Positions 30,002 through 40,758 of a stretch of DNA of 64,000 nucleotides are shown piece by piece. Position numbers and translations under genes: made by a program. Numbering within the stretch: position 1 is the stretch's first letter; every line of letters starts with the position of its first letter. Source of the stretch: an uncultured Pseudomonadota bacterium (GTDB lineage: Bacteria > Oederibacteriota > Muellerivitia > Muellerivitales > Muellerivitaceae); contig CAVYRH010000005.1 of NCBI GenBank assembly GCA_963770835.1, positions 224,001 to 288,000 of the forward strand, in the 5' to 3' direction. Below the pieces are notes generated by a model. It saw only the letters and a program-made list of their open reading frames with translations, had not been told where the DNA came from and did no database searches.

Positions 30002-31401
30002 AAAAAACATGGGGTGGGAGATTCAAAAAACCGACCGACCCACAAGTCGAAGCCTTTACCGAATCGATTTCTTTCGACCACCGGTTAGCGGCCTTTGACA
30101 TCGAGGGAAGCCTGGCCCATGTCCAAACCTTGGTTAATGCCAAAATTTTGAAACCGCAAGAAGGGAAAAAGCTCGCGGCGGGGCTACAAAAAGTAAAGAA
30201 ACTACTGGAAAGCAAAAAACTCCCGCTGGATTCGAGCTTGGAGGATATCCACACCGCTGTTGAAAGGGCACTTACGAATATCGTCGGCCCTTTGGGGGGA
30301 AAACTCCATACCGGGCGTTCCCGGAACGATCAAGTCGCCACGGATTTCCGGCTTTACTTGCGCCACGCCGTTAAGAAAGCGGTCGAAGCAGGAACCCATC
30401 TCATCGGGATTTTGAGCCAGATAGCCTTACGCGAAAAAGAAACCCTGATGCCCGGCTACACCCATCTCCAAAGGGCCATGCCTATCACACTGGGCCACCA
30501 CCTTTCGGCCTATGCCTTCATGGTTACTCGTGACATGGACCGGTTCCTTTCGACCTGGGACAGGGCGAATGCCCTGCCTTTGGGATCAGGAGCATTGGCA
30601 GGTACCAACCATCCTTTTGACAGGAAATTAACGGCGAAGATACTTGGGCTCAAATCGGTCCTTGAAAACAGCCTGGACGCAGTTTCAGACCGGGATGTTT
30701 ACGTGGATTTCCTGTCGGCGGCGGCCATTACTCAAATGCACCTCTCGAGGCTTTCCGAAGATTTGATCCTTTGGGCCAGTAGTGAGTTTGGTTTTATTGA
30801 GATGGACGATGCCTTTGCCACCGGTTCCAGTTTGATGCCGCAAAAGAAGAACCCAGACGTGGTCGAGTTGATCCGCGGCAAAGCGGGCCGGACGATTGCG
30901 AATCTGACCGGCCTCTTGGCGGTTTTAAAGGGACTACCTCTTTCTTATAACCGGGACCTGCAAGAAGACAAACACTATGTTTTTGACTCGGCGGATACGG
31001 TGATCGCTTCCCTGAAGACCATGGCCGGCTTCTTGTTCACCTTGAAATTTAAAAGGGAACGGATGGAAGAGGCGGCGGACAAGGACCTGACCTTCTTGGC
31101 CACCGACCTGGCCGATGTTTTGGTGAAACAGGACGTTCCCTTCCGCTTGGCCCACGAAGTCGTGGGGAGGGTGGTTCACTACTGCTTGGAAAAAGGGAAG
31201 CGGATGCAAGATTTAACAGATGCGGAACTGGGGAGATTCTCTGACTTGTTTCCAAAGGGAACCGCTCAACATCTTTCAGTGCTTCACTCCGTGAACGCTA
31301 AACAGGCCGTGGGGGGAACCTCACCGCAAAATGTGGAGAAACAAGTTAAAACCTTAATCTTGGAAATCACGAAAATTAGAAAAAAAACATCCCAATTATG
31401 A
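29998..31401 (+). CDS. argH: Argininosuccinate lyase
   Basis: [35 protein letters not shown]. Confidence 0.97.
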   Translation: MKKTWGGRFKKPTDPQVEAFTESISFDHRLAAFDIEGSLAHVQTLVNAKILKPQEGKKLAAGLQKVKKLLESKKLPLDSSLEDIHTAVERALTNIVGPLGGKLHTGRSRNDQVATDFRLYLRHAVKKAVEAGTHLIGILSQIALREKETLMPGYTHLQRAMPITLGHHLSAYAFMVTRDMDRFLSTWDRANALPLGSGALAGTNHPFDRKLTAKILGLKSVLENSLDAVSDRDVYVDFLSAAAITQMHLSRLSEDLILWASSEFGFIEMDDAFATGSSLMPQKKNPDVVELIRGKAGRTIANLTGLLAVLKGLPLSYNRDLQEDKHYVFDSADTVIASLKTMAGFLFTLKFKRERMEEAADKDLTFLATDLADVLVKQDVPFRLAHEVVGRVVHYCLEKGKRMQDLTDAELGRFSDLFPKGTAQHLSVLHSVNAKQAVGGTSPQNVEKQVKTLILEITKIRKKTSQL

Positions 31402-31410
31402 GGAGATAGC

Positions 31411-32658
31411 GTGATCGGATTTCATTTTAAAAATAACCGTTGGTACTCGGACGGCGTAGCTCTTTCCAAGATCGCTGAAAAGGTCGGCACGCCCTGTTAC
31501 GTTTACAGCCTTCCGGCTTTTGAAGACCGGTTCAAGGAAATCGACGATGCTTACAAATCGATTCCTCATCTGGTGGCCTATTCGATTAAAACCAACGACA
31601 ATTTGTCGGTGGTCAAGGCCTTGGCCCAGCGAGGCGCGGGAACCGACGTGGTTTCAGGCGGGGAACTGTTCAAGGCTCGCAAGGCCGGCGTGCCAGCGGA
31701 TAAGATCATTTTTGCAGGGGTGGGGAAAACAGACGATGAAATTGCTTATGCCCTTAAGGAAGGAATCCGCTATTTAAATGTGGAATCCATTCCCGAAATC
31801 GAAGCCATCAATAGTGTGGCCAAAAAAATGCGTAAAATTGCGCCTATTGCTATCCGTTTTAATCCTGATGTGGATCCTAAAACCCATCACTTCATTACGA
31901 CGGGTAAAAAAGAAACCAAATTCGGGGTTTATCTGGGGGACGTTGATAAGGTGATGAAAGTTGTCCGCAACTGCCCCTCGGTGCATTGGACCGGAGTGCA
32001 TGCCCATGTCGGAAGCCAAATGACCCAGATTAACTCGGTCGGCCAAGCCGCCAAGGTTATTGAAAAACTGGTACTTCAACTTCGGCGGGAAGGTTTTCCC
32101 ATCCACACCGTCAATTTGGGCGGCGGTTACGGCATTGATTACCATGGCGAAGAGCCTCCCAAGCCTTCCCAGTATGCGGCATTGGTGGTTCCTGTTATCA
32201 AGCGCCTCAATGCCACGCTGGTGTTGGAACCTGGCCGCTATATATCCGGCAATTCGGGAGCGCTCTTAACCCGCGTTACTTACGTGAAACAAAGCGGCAC
32301 CAAGACCTTTTATATTGTGGATGCGGGAATGGGTGAGCTCATCCGCCCCGCCCTTTATGAGGCTTATCACCGCATCGCCCCGGCTGAGGGACCCCAAAAA
32401 CCGCTTAGAAAAGTGGATGTGGTGGGGCCCATTTGCGAATCCACGGACTTCTTTGCCAAGGGCCGCCAACTACCCAACATGAAACGCGGAGATTTGATGG
32501 TTATTTTCTCCGCTGGGGCTTATGGCAGTGTCATGGGGAGCACTTATAACTCCCGGCCCCTGCCACCGGAAGTGGTTGTCCGCGGCAACAAGTTCTCGGT
32601 GGCACGCCGGCGGCAGACTTGGCAGGATTTGGTCCGGCTGGAAAAAATCCTCTCCTGA
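31411..32658 (+). CDS. lysA: Diaminopimelate decarboxylase
   Basis: TPCYVY, DVVSGGE, HVGSQ, EPGR, GPICESTD, GAYG. Confidence 0.95.
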   Translation: MIGFHFKNNRWYSDGVALSKIAEKVGTPCYVYSLPAFEDRFKEIDDAYKSIPHLVAYSIKTNDNLSVVKALAQRGAGTDVVSGGELFKARKAGVPADKIIFAGVGKTDDEIAYALKEGIRYLNVESIPEIEAINSVAKKMRKIAPIAIRFNPDVDPKTHHFITTGKKETKFGVYLGDVDKVMKVVRNCPSVHWTGVHAHVGSQMTQINSVGQAAKVIEKLVLQLRREGFPIHTVNLGGGYGIDYHGEEPPKPSQYAALVVPVIKRLNATLVLEPGRYISGNSGALLTRVTYVKQSGTKTFYIVDAGMGELIRPALYEAYHRIAPAEGPQKPLRKVDVVGPICESTDFFAKGRQLPNMKRGDLMVIFSAGAYGSVMGSTYNSRPLPPEVVVRGNKFSVARRRQTWQDLVRLEKILS

Positions 32659-32778
32659 CTTAGCCCCCCGCAAACTTTACTTGCGATGACTGTCAAAATT
32701 TCCTAATATAACTTTCCAACAACATTAACCCCCGCTTGGGGGTTTTATTATTTTGGGTGCAAAGGATCGGTAAAAAGA

Positions 32779-33675
32779 ATGTTTCGAGGTGCCTACACCG
32801 CGCTGGTGACGCCTTTCAAAAACGGGCTGGTGGATTATGCCGCCCTGGAAGCCTTGATTGAAAACCAAGTTTCCAAGGGCATTGACGGCCTCGTGCCCTG
32901 CGGCACGACGGGCGAATCGCCCACTCTCAACGAAAAAGAACATGGGGAAGTCATCGCCTTCACGGTGAAGACCGTCCACAAAAGGGTCCCTGTCATCGCC
33001 GGAACCGGATCCAATTCCACAGGAGAAGCCATTGAATTAACCAAGCGCGCTAAGCAAGTCGGGGCGGATGCCGCCCTTTTGGTTTGTCCCTATTACAACA
33101 AACCCAGTCAGAAGGGTTTGATCGCGCATTTCACAGCCGTTGCCGACGCCGTTGAGATCCCCCAGATCCTCTACAACATTCCGGGACGATCGGTTGTCAA
33201 CATGGCCCCCGAAACGATCGCGGAGCTTTCCCGTCACGGCAACATCGTGGGGGTCAAGGAAGCCAGCGGAAACCTTGAACAAATGATCCGGATTAAGGCT
33301 CTTTGCGACCCCGATTTTTCCCTCATTTCAGGTGACGACACCTTGACCCTTCCTATCCTTTCGGTGGGCGGCGTTGGCGTGATCTCGGTGACATCTCACT
33401 TGATCCCGGCGGAAACCTCCCGGATGGTCCATTCCTACCTAGAAGGAAAGACCGAGGAGTCCCGCGACCTATTCATGAAGTACTTCGACCTGGTCAAGGC
33501 TGTTATGACCGCAGACGCCAATCCGGTCGGAATCAAGACCGCGCTGGCCCTGCGTGGCCAAATCAAGGAGGAACTCCGCCTGCCTTTGGTTCCTCCCTCA
33601 ACCGAAGCCCGGGAGGCTATCCGAGTCCAACTGGACCGGCACGGATTACTGGCACCCGCCGGGCAACGCCGATGA
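32779..33675 (+). CDS. dapA: 4-hydroxy-tetrahydrodipicolinate synthase
   Basis: TALVTPF, GTTGES, PYYNKP, YNIPGR, KEASG, SGDD. Confidence 0.96.
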   Translation: MFRGAYTALVTPFKNGLVDYAALEALIENQVSKGIDGLVPCGTTGESPTLNEKEHGEVIAFTVKTVHKRVPVIAGTGSNSTGEAIELTKRAKQVGADAALLVCPYYNKPSQKGLIAHFTAVADAVEIPQILYNIPGRSVVNMAPETIAELSRHGNIVGVKEASGNLEQMIRIKALCDPDFSLISGDDTLTLPILSVGGVGVISVTSHLIPAETSRMVHSYLEGKTEESRDLFMKYFDLVKAVMTADANPVGIKTALALRGQIKEELRLPLVPPSTEAREAIRVQLDRHGLLAPAGQRR

Positions 33676-34493
33676 ACCTCCGGCTCGCCGTTTCCGGCGC
33701 TACCGGGCGGATGGGCCACACTATTCTGGAATTGGCCTCCCAAGACCCCCAGTTTGAGATCGCGGGTGCCCTCGAAAATGCCTCCCATCCTTCTATCGGC
33801 AAGTCCTTGAATGAAGTTTTGCCCTCCGTTGCCAAGGTCAAAAATCCGGTTGCAGCGGTTTTGCCGCAAATAACTCCCAAACCTGATGTTTTGGTCGACT
33901 TCACCCAGCCCCAAGCCACCATGGGTTACCTGCATGAAGCCATGACTTTGGGTATCAATATGGTTATTGGGACAACGGGATGCAACGAAGGGGAGAAAGA
34001 ACAAATCCGCGAGGCCTCCACGAAAATTGCGATTGTCATGGCCTCGAATTTCAGCATTGGAATGAACGTTCTTTTCGCCCTGGTTGAGGAAGCTGCGGCC
34101 AAATTAGGTCGGAATTACGATGTTGAAATAATGGAAGCCCACCACCATTTCAAGAAAGACGCCCCTTCGGGTTCCGCTTTGAGCCTTGGGGAAGCCGTGG
34201 CCCGGGCTTGGAAAGTGAATTTGAAGGATGTGGCCACCCATGGACGGCAGGGACAGGTAGGGGAACGAAAGAACGGCGCCATTGGTTTCCACGCGATCCG
34301 GGGCGGGGACATCGTGGGAGACCATACGGTTCTTTACGCCGGACCGGGGGAAAGGTTGGAATTGACCCACCGTGCCCATAGCCGGGAAGCCTTTGCCCAG
34401 GGCGCCCTCAAGGCCACCCTTTTTGTTGCGGGTAAGAAGAACGGTCTTTACGACATGGGGGACGTCCTTGGCCTGCGTTCCGCCGATAAATAA
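33672..34493 (+). CDS. dapB: 4-hydroxy-tetrahydrodipicolinate reductase
   Basis: GATGRMG, DFT, GTTG, EAHHHFKKDAPSGSA. Confidence 0.96.
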   Translation: MNLRLAVSGATGRMGHTILELASQDPQFEIAGALENASHPSIGKSLNEVLPSVAKVKNPVAAVLPQITPKPDVLVDFTQPQATMGYLHEAMTLGINMVIGTTGCNEGEKEQIREASTKIAIVMASNFSIGMNVLFALVEEAAAKLGRNYDVEIMEAHHHFKKDAPSGSALSLGEAVARAWKVNLKDVATHGRQGQVGERKNGAIGFHAIRGGDIVGDHTVLYAGPGERLELTHRAHSREAFAQGALKATLFVAGKKNGLYDMGDVLGLRSADK

Positions 34494-34519
34494 TTCCACG
34501 ATCTTAAGGCCGAAATTCC

Positions 34520-35299
34520 ATGAGAATTGCAAGACTTCTTCATAACAACAAACCTCGGTGGGCAATGCTGCTGGAATCGGTGGATACCTACCGTTGTTTT
34601 ACCTCGGATGAGCCCTGGAACGATCCAACAATGGATTCGAAATCCAACCCCCTGAAGCCCTTCCAATTGCTGGCTCCGGCCACTCCCACCAAGATCGTTG
34701 CGGTCGGCCTAAATTACCAGGATCACATCCAGGAAATGAAGCACGAGGACCATAAGGATCCTGTTCTCTTCTTGAAGCCCCCTTCCTCTTTATTGAATCC
34801 CGATGGCAAAATCCTGTATCCTCCCTCATCTTCCCGCGTGGACTACGAGGCTGAATTGGCGGTGGTTTTGAAGTCCAGGCTGAGGAATGCGTCTCCGGAG
34901 GAGGCTTTGGAGGCAGTTTGGGGGTTTACCTGCTGCAACGATGTGACCGCCCGCGATTTGCAGAAGACCGACGGCCAATGGACCCGGGCCAAGGGTTTTG
35001 ATGGTTTTTGTCCGCTGGGACCCTGGCTAGTGACGGATTTCAGGGAAGGGAACCAAAGAATCCTCACCCGCGTGAATGGAGAAGTGAAACAGGATTCCAG
35101 GATTTCCAAAAGGATTTGGAACACCGCCCAGCTTCTTTCCTTTGCCTCCCAGGTCATGACTCTGGAACCTTTGGATGTTTTCACAACTGGTACTCCCTCA
35201 GGCATCGGGCCTGTTAAACCCGGTGACACGGTGGAAATTGAGGTCGAGGGAATCGGCGTGCTTCGTAATATGATAGCCCTCAATAATCTCGGAGGATGA
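34520..35299 (+). CDS. Fumarylacetoacetate hydrolase family protein
   Basis: VGLNY..H, FLKP, DYEAEL, NDVTARD, TGTPSG. Confidence 0.92.
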   Translation: MRIARLLHNNKPRWAMLLESVDTYRCFTSDEPWNDPTMDSKSNPLKPFQLLAPATPTKIVAVGLNYQDHIQEMKHEDHKDPVLFLKPPSSLLNPDGKILYPPSSSRVDYEAELAVVLKSRLRNASPEEALEAVWGFTCCNDVTARDLQKTDGQWTRAKGFDGFCPLGPWLVTDFREGNQRILTRVNGEVKQDSRISKRIWNTAQLLSFASQVMTLEPLDVFTTGTPSGIGPVKPGDTVEIEVEGIGVLRNMIALNNLGG

Positions 35300-35300
35300 A

Positions 35301-36464
35301 ATGGATTTTCCCCAGGCCGACCGCTTAAAAAAACTCCCTCCCTATCTCTTCATCGAAATGGACCGGAAAAAGAAGGCCGCCATCGAAAAGGGAGTGGACA
35401 TTATCAGTCTGGCTATCGGCGATCCCGACTTGGCCACGCCGGATTTCATCATTGAGGCTCTTTACAAGGCCGCCAAAGACAAAGCCAACCATCAATATCC
35501 ACTGGGGAGCGGCTTGCCGAAGTTCCGGGAGACCGTGGCCCATTGGTATGACCGCCGTTTCGAGGTGAATCTGGACCCCAAGGATGAAGTGGTGGCCCTG
35601 ATTGGTTCAAAGGAAGGCATCGGCCACTTACCCATCGGCGTCATCAACCCGGGAGACGTGGTTCTGGTGCCTTCGCCGGGATACCCGGTTTACCACGCCG
35701 GTACCCTCTTCGCGGGTGGTGAGTCCTTTTTCATGCCTCTTTTGGAAAAGAACGGTTTTTTGCCCGATCTAGACGTTATTCCTGCCGACGTTTTAAAACG
35801 AGCTAAGCTGATTTGGACCAATTCACCCAATAATCCCACCTCCGCCTTGGCCGGCAGGGATTTTTACGCCAAGGTGATCGAGTTCGCGAAAAAACACAAC
35901 TTAATCGTGGCGAATGACGCGGCTTACACAGAAATTTATTATGACAATCAAAAACCCGTGAGCTTCCTGGAACTGCCCGGTGCCAAAGAAATCGGAGTGG
36001 AGTTCCACTCTCTTTCCAAAACCTTCAATATGACCGGCTGGCGCATTGGTTTCGCGGTGGGGAACAAGAGCATCGTGAAGGCCCTGGCCGAAGTGAAGGG
36101 AAACCTTGATTCGGGCGTTTTCAATCCCGTTCAATACGCGGGTATCGCGGCATTGGAAGCCCCCGATTCCGTCACCGATAACATTCGCAAGATTTACCAG
36201 GAGCGCCGGGATATCTTTGCCGCCGGCCTTAAGAAGCTGGGCTGGAAGTTCCAAATCCCCCAGGCAGCCTTTTATATGTGGATAAAGGTTCCAAATGGAA
36301 TGTCCTCGGCTGATTGGTGCGGGAAAGTACTGGAGGAAGCGGGCATCGTGGTCACGCCGGGCAACGGTTTTGGCAAGGAAGGCGAGGGCTATTTCCGTAT
36401 GACCATCACCGTGGACAAGGCGCGGTTGGAAGAAGCGCTTCAACGCTTGTCGAGACTAAAGTAA
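35301..36464 (+). CDS. dapL: LL-diaminopimelate aminotransferase (class I/II aminotransferase)
   Basis: LPPYLF, GSKEGIGH, PNNPT, HSLSKTFNMTGWRIG; lies in the dap operon. Confidence 0.8.
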   Translation: MDFPQADRLKKLPPYLFIEMDRKKKAAIEKGVDIISLAIGDPDLATPDFIIEALYKAAKDKANHQYPLGSGLPKFRETVAHWYDRRFEVNLDPKDEVVALIGSKEGIGHLPIGVINPGDVVLVPSPGYPVYHAGTLFAGGESFFMPLLEKNGFLPDLDVIPADVLKRAKLIWTNSPNNPTSALAGRDFYAKVIEFAKKHNLIVANDAAYTEIYYDNQKPVSFLELPGAKEIGVEFHSLSKTFNMTGWRIGFAVGNKSIVKALAEVKGNLDSGVFNPVQYAGIAALEAPDSVTDNIRKIYQERRDIFAAGLKKLGWKFQIPQAAFYMWIKVPNGMSSADWCGKVLEEAGIVVTPGNGFGKEGEGYFRMTITVDKARLEEALQRLSRLK

Positions 36465-36537
36465 GTCGGCAGTCGTCAGTCGACGGTCGACAGGTTAAAT
36501 CTTAAGGCTGTCGACTGTGAACTGTCGACTGTGGACT
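36464..36537. repeat. Inverted heptamer tandem repeats
   Basis: AGTCGGC AGTCGTC AGTCGAC GGTCGAC ... CTGTCGA CTGTGAA CTGTCGA CTGTGGA. Confidence 0.75.
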
Positions 36538-36545
36538 GGTGTCAA

Positions 36546-37031
36546 ATGGCGACGGTTTATCTATCCTTAGGCTCCAACCTGAGCGAGCGTGAAAAATACC
36601 TGGCGCAGGCGCGCAAGGCTATCGAAAAGTCCTTCAACCTTCCCCGTTTTTCGAAAATTTACGAAACTGAACCCGTGGACTTGCTGGATCAGCCCTGGTT
36701 TCTCAACCAAGTGGCCGAATTCCAAACCGATTTGGCGCCGGAATCTTTGCTAGAATGGGTTCGGTCTTTGGAGGCGCAGGCGGGAAGGCAAAGGCAAATT
36801 CCCAGGGGTCCTCGGACCCTGGATGTCGATATCCTCCTCTACGATGATTGGGTCCTGGAGGTGGATGCATTGGTTTTGCCCCATCCCAGGCTGGAACAAC
36901 GGCGGCACGTTCTGGTGCCCTTGGCCGAACTGGCGCCGGAACGCTGCATCCCGGTAAGCCAGCGGACGGTTTTGGAAGCCCTGGAACAGGTTATCGACAA
37001 GGCACAGGTCAAACCCCATGCTTCAACATAA
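36546..37031 (+). CDS. folK: HPPK (2-amino-4-hydroxy-6-hydroxymethyldihydropteridine diphosphokinase)
   Basis: YLSLGSNL, YETEP, FLNQV, GPRTLDVDIL, PHPR. Confidence 0.95.
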   Translation: MATVYLSLGSNLSEREKYLAQARKAIEKSFNLPRFSKIYETEPVDLLDQPWFLNQVAEFQTDLAPESLLEWVRSLEAQAGRQRQIPRGPRTLDVDILLYDDWVLEVDALVLPHPRLEQRRHVLVPLAELAPERCIPVSQRTVLEALEQVIDKAQVKPHAST

Positions 37032-37662
37032 ATACATCGCAATCGAGGGCCCAATCGGGGTGGGGAAAACCAGCCTGGCCGATATCCTCGCCAAAAAATT
37101 GAACGCCCGCCTGGTCTTGGAAGGGGCCGAGGACAATCCGTTCATCACCGATTTTTATAAAGACATCCAGAAACACGCTTTCCAGACCCAAATGTTCTTC
37201 CTCCTCTCCCGGTTCAAGCAACAGCAGGAACTGGCCCAAAACGATCTTTTCCAACAGGGACTTGTCAGCGACTACGTCTTCGCCAAGGACCGAATTTTCG
37301 CCAACCTGACCTTGGACGACAACGAATTGAAACTTTATGAGCAAATTCATAGCATCTTGGGTGGCCGCGTTTTAAAACCCGACTTCGTCATTTACCTGCA
37401 GGCTTCCACGGATGTTTTGTTGAAACGCATCGCCATGCGGGGGAGGAAGTTTGAAACCCAGATCACGGCGGACTACCTGGCGGAATTAAACCAGGCTTAC
37501 AATTATTATTTTTTCCACTATCAGGAAACCCCTTTGATGGTGATCAACACCAGTGAAATTGATTTCGTCCACCGGGATGCCGACCTGGACGATCTCCTCA
37601 ACCATTTGGGCAAGGTCACCCGGGGCACGGTCTATTACCAGCCCATTAGCGTGAAAAAGTGA
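37018..37662 (+). CDS. Deoxynucleoside kinase
   Basis: IAIEGPIGVGKT, FLLSRF, KDRIFA, RGR.FE. Confidence 0.93.
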   Translation: MLQHKYIAIEGPIGVGKTSLADILAKKLNARLVLEGAEDNPFITDFYKDIQKHAFQTQMFFLLSRFKQQQELAQNDLFQQGLVSDYVFAKDRIFANLTLDDNELKLYEQIHSILGGRVLKPDFVIYLQASTDVLLKRIAMRGRKFETQITADYLAELNQAYNYYFFHYQETPLMVINTSEIDFVHRDADLDDLLNHLGKVTRGTVYYQPISVKK

Positions 37663-38492
37663 CATCCACCGCCAAAGAACCCAGAAAGGCATTAACCAAG
37701 ATGGAAAAAAGAACAACCATCCTCGACTTCCAAACCAAATGCGACCGGGGTGAAAAACTCGTGGTGGTAACCGCTTACGACTACTCCATGGCCCTGGCCG
37801 TGGACGCCGCCGGGGTCGATGCCATCCTGGTGGGCGACAGCCTTTCCACGACCATGTTGGGGCGCCCCAACACCCTTTCCACCACGATGGACGAAATGCT
37901 TCACCATACCAAAGCGGTAACCCAAGGCGTGAAAAAGGCCCTGGTGATCGGCGACATGCCTTTTCTTTCCTACCAACTGGAACTGGAACAGGCCCTGGAG
38001 AACGCGGGTGAATTCCTGACGGAAGGCGGTGCCCAGGCGGTGAAATTGGAATGGTGCCCCCAAGCCCCGGAAGTCACAGCTTTCCTGGTGGAAAATGGGA
38101 TTCCTGTCATGGGGCACGTTGGTTTTACCCCCCAGCATGTCAACCAGTTTGGCGGCTACCACCAGCAAGGCAAGGGGAAGGCCGGTGCGGCACGGCTGAT
38201 TCAACAGTCAAAAATCCTGGAAAAGGCCGGTGCTTTTTCGATTGTTCTTGAACTAGTCCCTGCCGAGGTTGCCCAGAAGATCACCCAAGCCGTGAAAATC
38301 CCGACCATCGGCATCGGCGCGGGGCCCCATTGCGATGGACAAGTCCAGGTCCTCCACGATATGCTCGGACTCTTACCGGATTTTCATCCCAAGCACGCCA
38401 AGGCCTATTTAAAACTGCACGAATCCATCAAAAAAGCCGTTCAACAGTACGCCGGGGAAGTCCGTGGCGGCAAGTTCAATCCTGGTTCATGA
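37659..38492 (+). CDS. panB: 3-methyl-2-oxobutanoate hydroxymethyltransferase
   Basis: TAYDY, LVGDSL, DMPF, VKLE, TIGIGAG, DGQVQV. Confidence 0.96.
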   Translation: MTSTAKEPRKALTKMEKRTTILDFQTKCDRGEKLVVVTAYDYSMALAVDAAGVDAILVGDSLSTTMLGRPNTLSTTMDEMLHHTKAVTQGVKKALVIGDMPFLSYQLELEQALENAGEFLTEGGAQAVKLEWCPQAPEVTAFLVENGIPVMGHVGFTPQHVNQFGGYHQQGKGKAGAARLIQQSKILEKAGAFSIVLELVPAEVAQKITQAVKIPTIGIGAGPHCDGQVQVLHDMLGLLPDFHPKHAKAYLKLHESIKKAVQQYAGEVRGGKFNPGS

Positions 38493-39340
38493 AAATAATG
38501 AAGGTTTTCGACGATCCTCAACTCATGCAGGCGCAGTCGCGGAATTGGCGCCATGCCAAAAGCAGCATCGGCTTCGTACCAACTATGGGGGCCCTTCATG
38601 AGGGGCATTTGGAACTGGTGCGGGCTTCCCGCAAAAAAAACAACATCACGGTTGTTTCGATCTACGTGAACCCCCTTCAATTCGGCCCCAAAGAAGACTT
38701 TAGCCAATACCCCCGCACCCTTGAAGCGGACTTGGAATTGTTGAAGGCGGAAAAGGTCCACACCGTCTTCACCCCCTCGGATAAGGAAATGTACCCGAAG
38801 GGTTTTTCCACCTTGGTCGAAGTGAAGGGAACGTTGGTGCAGGGCCTCTGCGCGCCTTTCCGGCCCGGCCATTTCAACGGCGTAGCCACTATCGTGGCCA
38901 AGCTTTTGGGAGCAGTCATGCCCGACCGGCTTTACCTCGGGCAAAAGGACGCCCAGCAGTTGGCCGTCCTGCGGCAGGTGATCCGGGATCTTAACATCGC
39001 GGTGGAAACGGTGGCCTGCCCCACGGTTCGGGAACACGACGGATTGGCCATGAGTTCCCGTAACAAACGGTTGACCTTGGAGGGACGCCAAACGGCCCCG
39101 GTCCTCTATAAAGCCTTGAAAGTGGGGAAGAGCATCGTCGAATTGGGCGAAAGTAACCCCGAAAAAGTCCTGGAGGAAATCCGGAAAGTAATCGAGGTGG
39201 AAAAGAGCGTGAAGATCCAGTACTTGGAAGCGGCCGACGCCGAAACCCTCGTTCCGGCCACGGAAATCCAGCCCGGCACTATGATCGCCTTAGCCGCCTA
39301 CCTTGACAATGTCCGCTTGATTGACAATATTATTATTTAA
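38489..39340 (+). CDS. panC: Pantoate--beta-alanine ligase
   Basis: FVPTMGALHEGH, RPGHF, GQKDAQQ, GLAMSSRN, RLIDN; ATGA overlap with panB. Confidence 0.96.
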   Translation: MKIMKVFDDPQLMQAQSRNWRHAKSSIGFVPTMGALHEGHLELVRASRKKNNITVVSIYVNPLQFGPKEDFSQYPRTLEADLELLKAEKVHTVFTPSDKEMYPKGFSTLVEVKGTLVQGLCAPFRPGHFNGVATIVAKLLGAVMPDRLYLGQKDAQQLAVLRQVIRDLNIAVETVACPTVREHDGLAMSSRNKRLTLEGRQTAPVLYKALKVGKSIVELGESNPEKVLEEIRKVIEVEKSVKIQYLEAADAETLVPATEIQPGTMIALAAYLDNVRLIDNIII

Positions 39341-39454
39341 CGATTGCCATCTACCCCAAATCATCCCTTGAAAATATTGGATCGGATTTCTTGGCTCTGG
39401 ATGCACTGTTAATTTTAGGTTACACTGTCGCCCATTCTCCACAAGGGATTAAGC

Positions 39455-39820
39455 ATGGCAAGGGTTTTCGTTAAATCCAAAATTCACAAAGCCACCGTCA
39501 CCCAGACCGACCTGGAATATGAGGGAAGCATCACGCTGGATCCGGGACTCATGAAAGCGGCCGATATCGAGCCGTTTGAGCAGGTCCATGTCCTTAACCT
39601 CAACAACGGCAACCGCCTGGAAACCTACGCGATCAAGGGAAAAGCCAACTCGGGGGTGGTTTGCCTCAACGGGGCTGCGGCCCGGCACGCCGAAAAAGGC
39701 GACCAAATCATTATTTTGACCTATGAAAGCTTTGGGGGGAAGCCGCCGGCCGGGTATGCCCCGACGGTTGTTACGGTGACGGCGAAGAACAAGGTTTTAA
39801 AAGTGAAAGGGGGACGGTAA
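39455..39820 (+). CDS. panD: Aspartate 1-decarboxylase
   Basis: KIHKATVT, YEGSIT (Gly-Ser cleavage site), RLETY, LNGAAAR. Confidence 0.96.
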   Translation: MARVFVKSKIHKATVTQTDLEYEGSITLDPGLMKAADIEPFEQVHVLNLNNGNRLETYAIKGKANSGVVCLNGAAARHAEKGDQIIILTYESFGGKPPAGYAPTVVTVTAKNKVLKVKGGR

Positions 39821-39822
39821 CC

Positions 39823-40758
39823 ATGTCACTCGATCTTTTTTTGGATGATGAGGAACTGATCGCCCGCATCAAGAAACTCAAGAAAGAACGCAACGCTGTC
39901 ATCCTGGCCCATAGCTATGAGAGGCCGGAAGTCCAGGATATCGCCGATTACGTGGGGGACTCCCTGGAGCTTTCGCGGCTGGCCGCCAAGACGGACGCGG
40001 ACGTGATCGTGTTTTGCAGCGTGCATTTCATGGCTGAAACCGCCAAAATTCTCTCGCCCCAAAAAACGGTTCTCTTGCCAGCTTCGGAGGCGGGTTGCCC
40101 CCTGGCCGACATGATTACTCCCGCCCAATTGGAGGCCGAGAAAGCCAAACATCCACAGGCCGCTGTGGTGGCCTATGTGAACTGTTCGGCGGAGATTAAG
40201 GCCATGGCGGATGTCTGCTGTACCTCGGCCAACGCCCTGCAAGTGGTGAATTCCATGCCTCAGGAAGAGATTCTTTTCGTCCCCGACCAGCACTTGGGCC
40301 GCTTCGTCCAAAAACAGACCCATAAGAAGATGATCCTTTGGGCGGGCTGTTGCCCCACCCACCAGCGCATGAAGGTCAAGGATATCCTCGATTTGAAAAA
40401 GCAATATCCTGACGCCGAAGTGGTGGTCCATCCGGAAAGCAACGAGGATATCTGCAATATGGCGGACGCCATCCTCTCCACTTCCCAGATGCTCCGCTAT
40501 TGCCAGGCTTCCATTGTCAAAACTTTTATCATCGGCACGGAGATGGGCATGCTCCACCGCCTTCGCACCGCCATGCCGGATAAAACCTTTCTCCAGCCCA
40601 GCAAGGGGCTCATTTGCCCCAACATGAAGATGACCCAACTCGAGGATGTTTATGAGTCCTTGAAGGAATTGAAACATCCCATCGAAATCCCCGAGCCCAT
40701 CCGCGTGAAAGCCCTGAAAGCCTTGGATGGCATGCTGGCGGCGGTCCCCACGAAGTGA
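39823..40758 (+). CDS. nadA: Quinolinate synthase
   Basis: ILAHSY, VHFMAE, AGCPLA, CCTSAN, HPE, CPNMK. Confidence 0.95.
   Translation: MSLDLFLDDEELIARIKKLKKERNAVILAHSYERPEVQDIADYVGDSLELSRLAAKTDADVIVFCSVHFMAETAKILSPQKTVLLPASEAGCPLADMITPAQLEAEKAKHPQAAVVAYVNCSAEIKAMADVCCTSANALQVVNSMPQEEILFVPDQHLGRFVQKQTHKKMILWAGCCPTHQRMKVKDILDLKKQYPDAEVVVHPESNEDICNMADAILSTSQMLRYCQASIVKTFIIGTEMGMLHRLRTAMPDKTFLQPSKGLICPNMKMTQLEDVYESLKELKHPIEIPEPIRVKALKALDGMLAAVPTK

Noticed and set aside
38330..38488. Long N-terminal extension of panC
   Set aside because: It overlaps panB; ATG 38489 gives a normal PanC with ATGA coupling.
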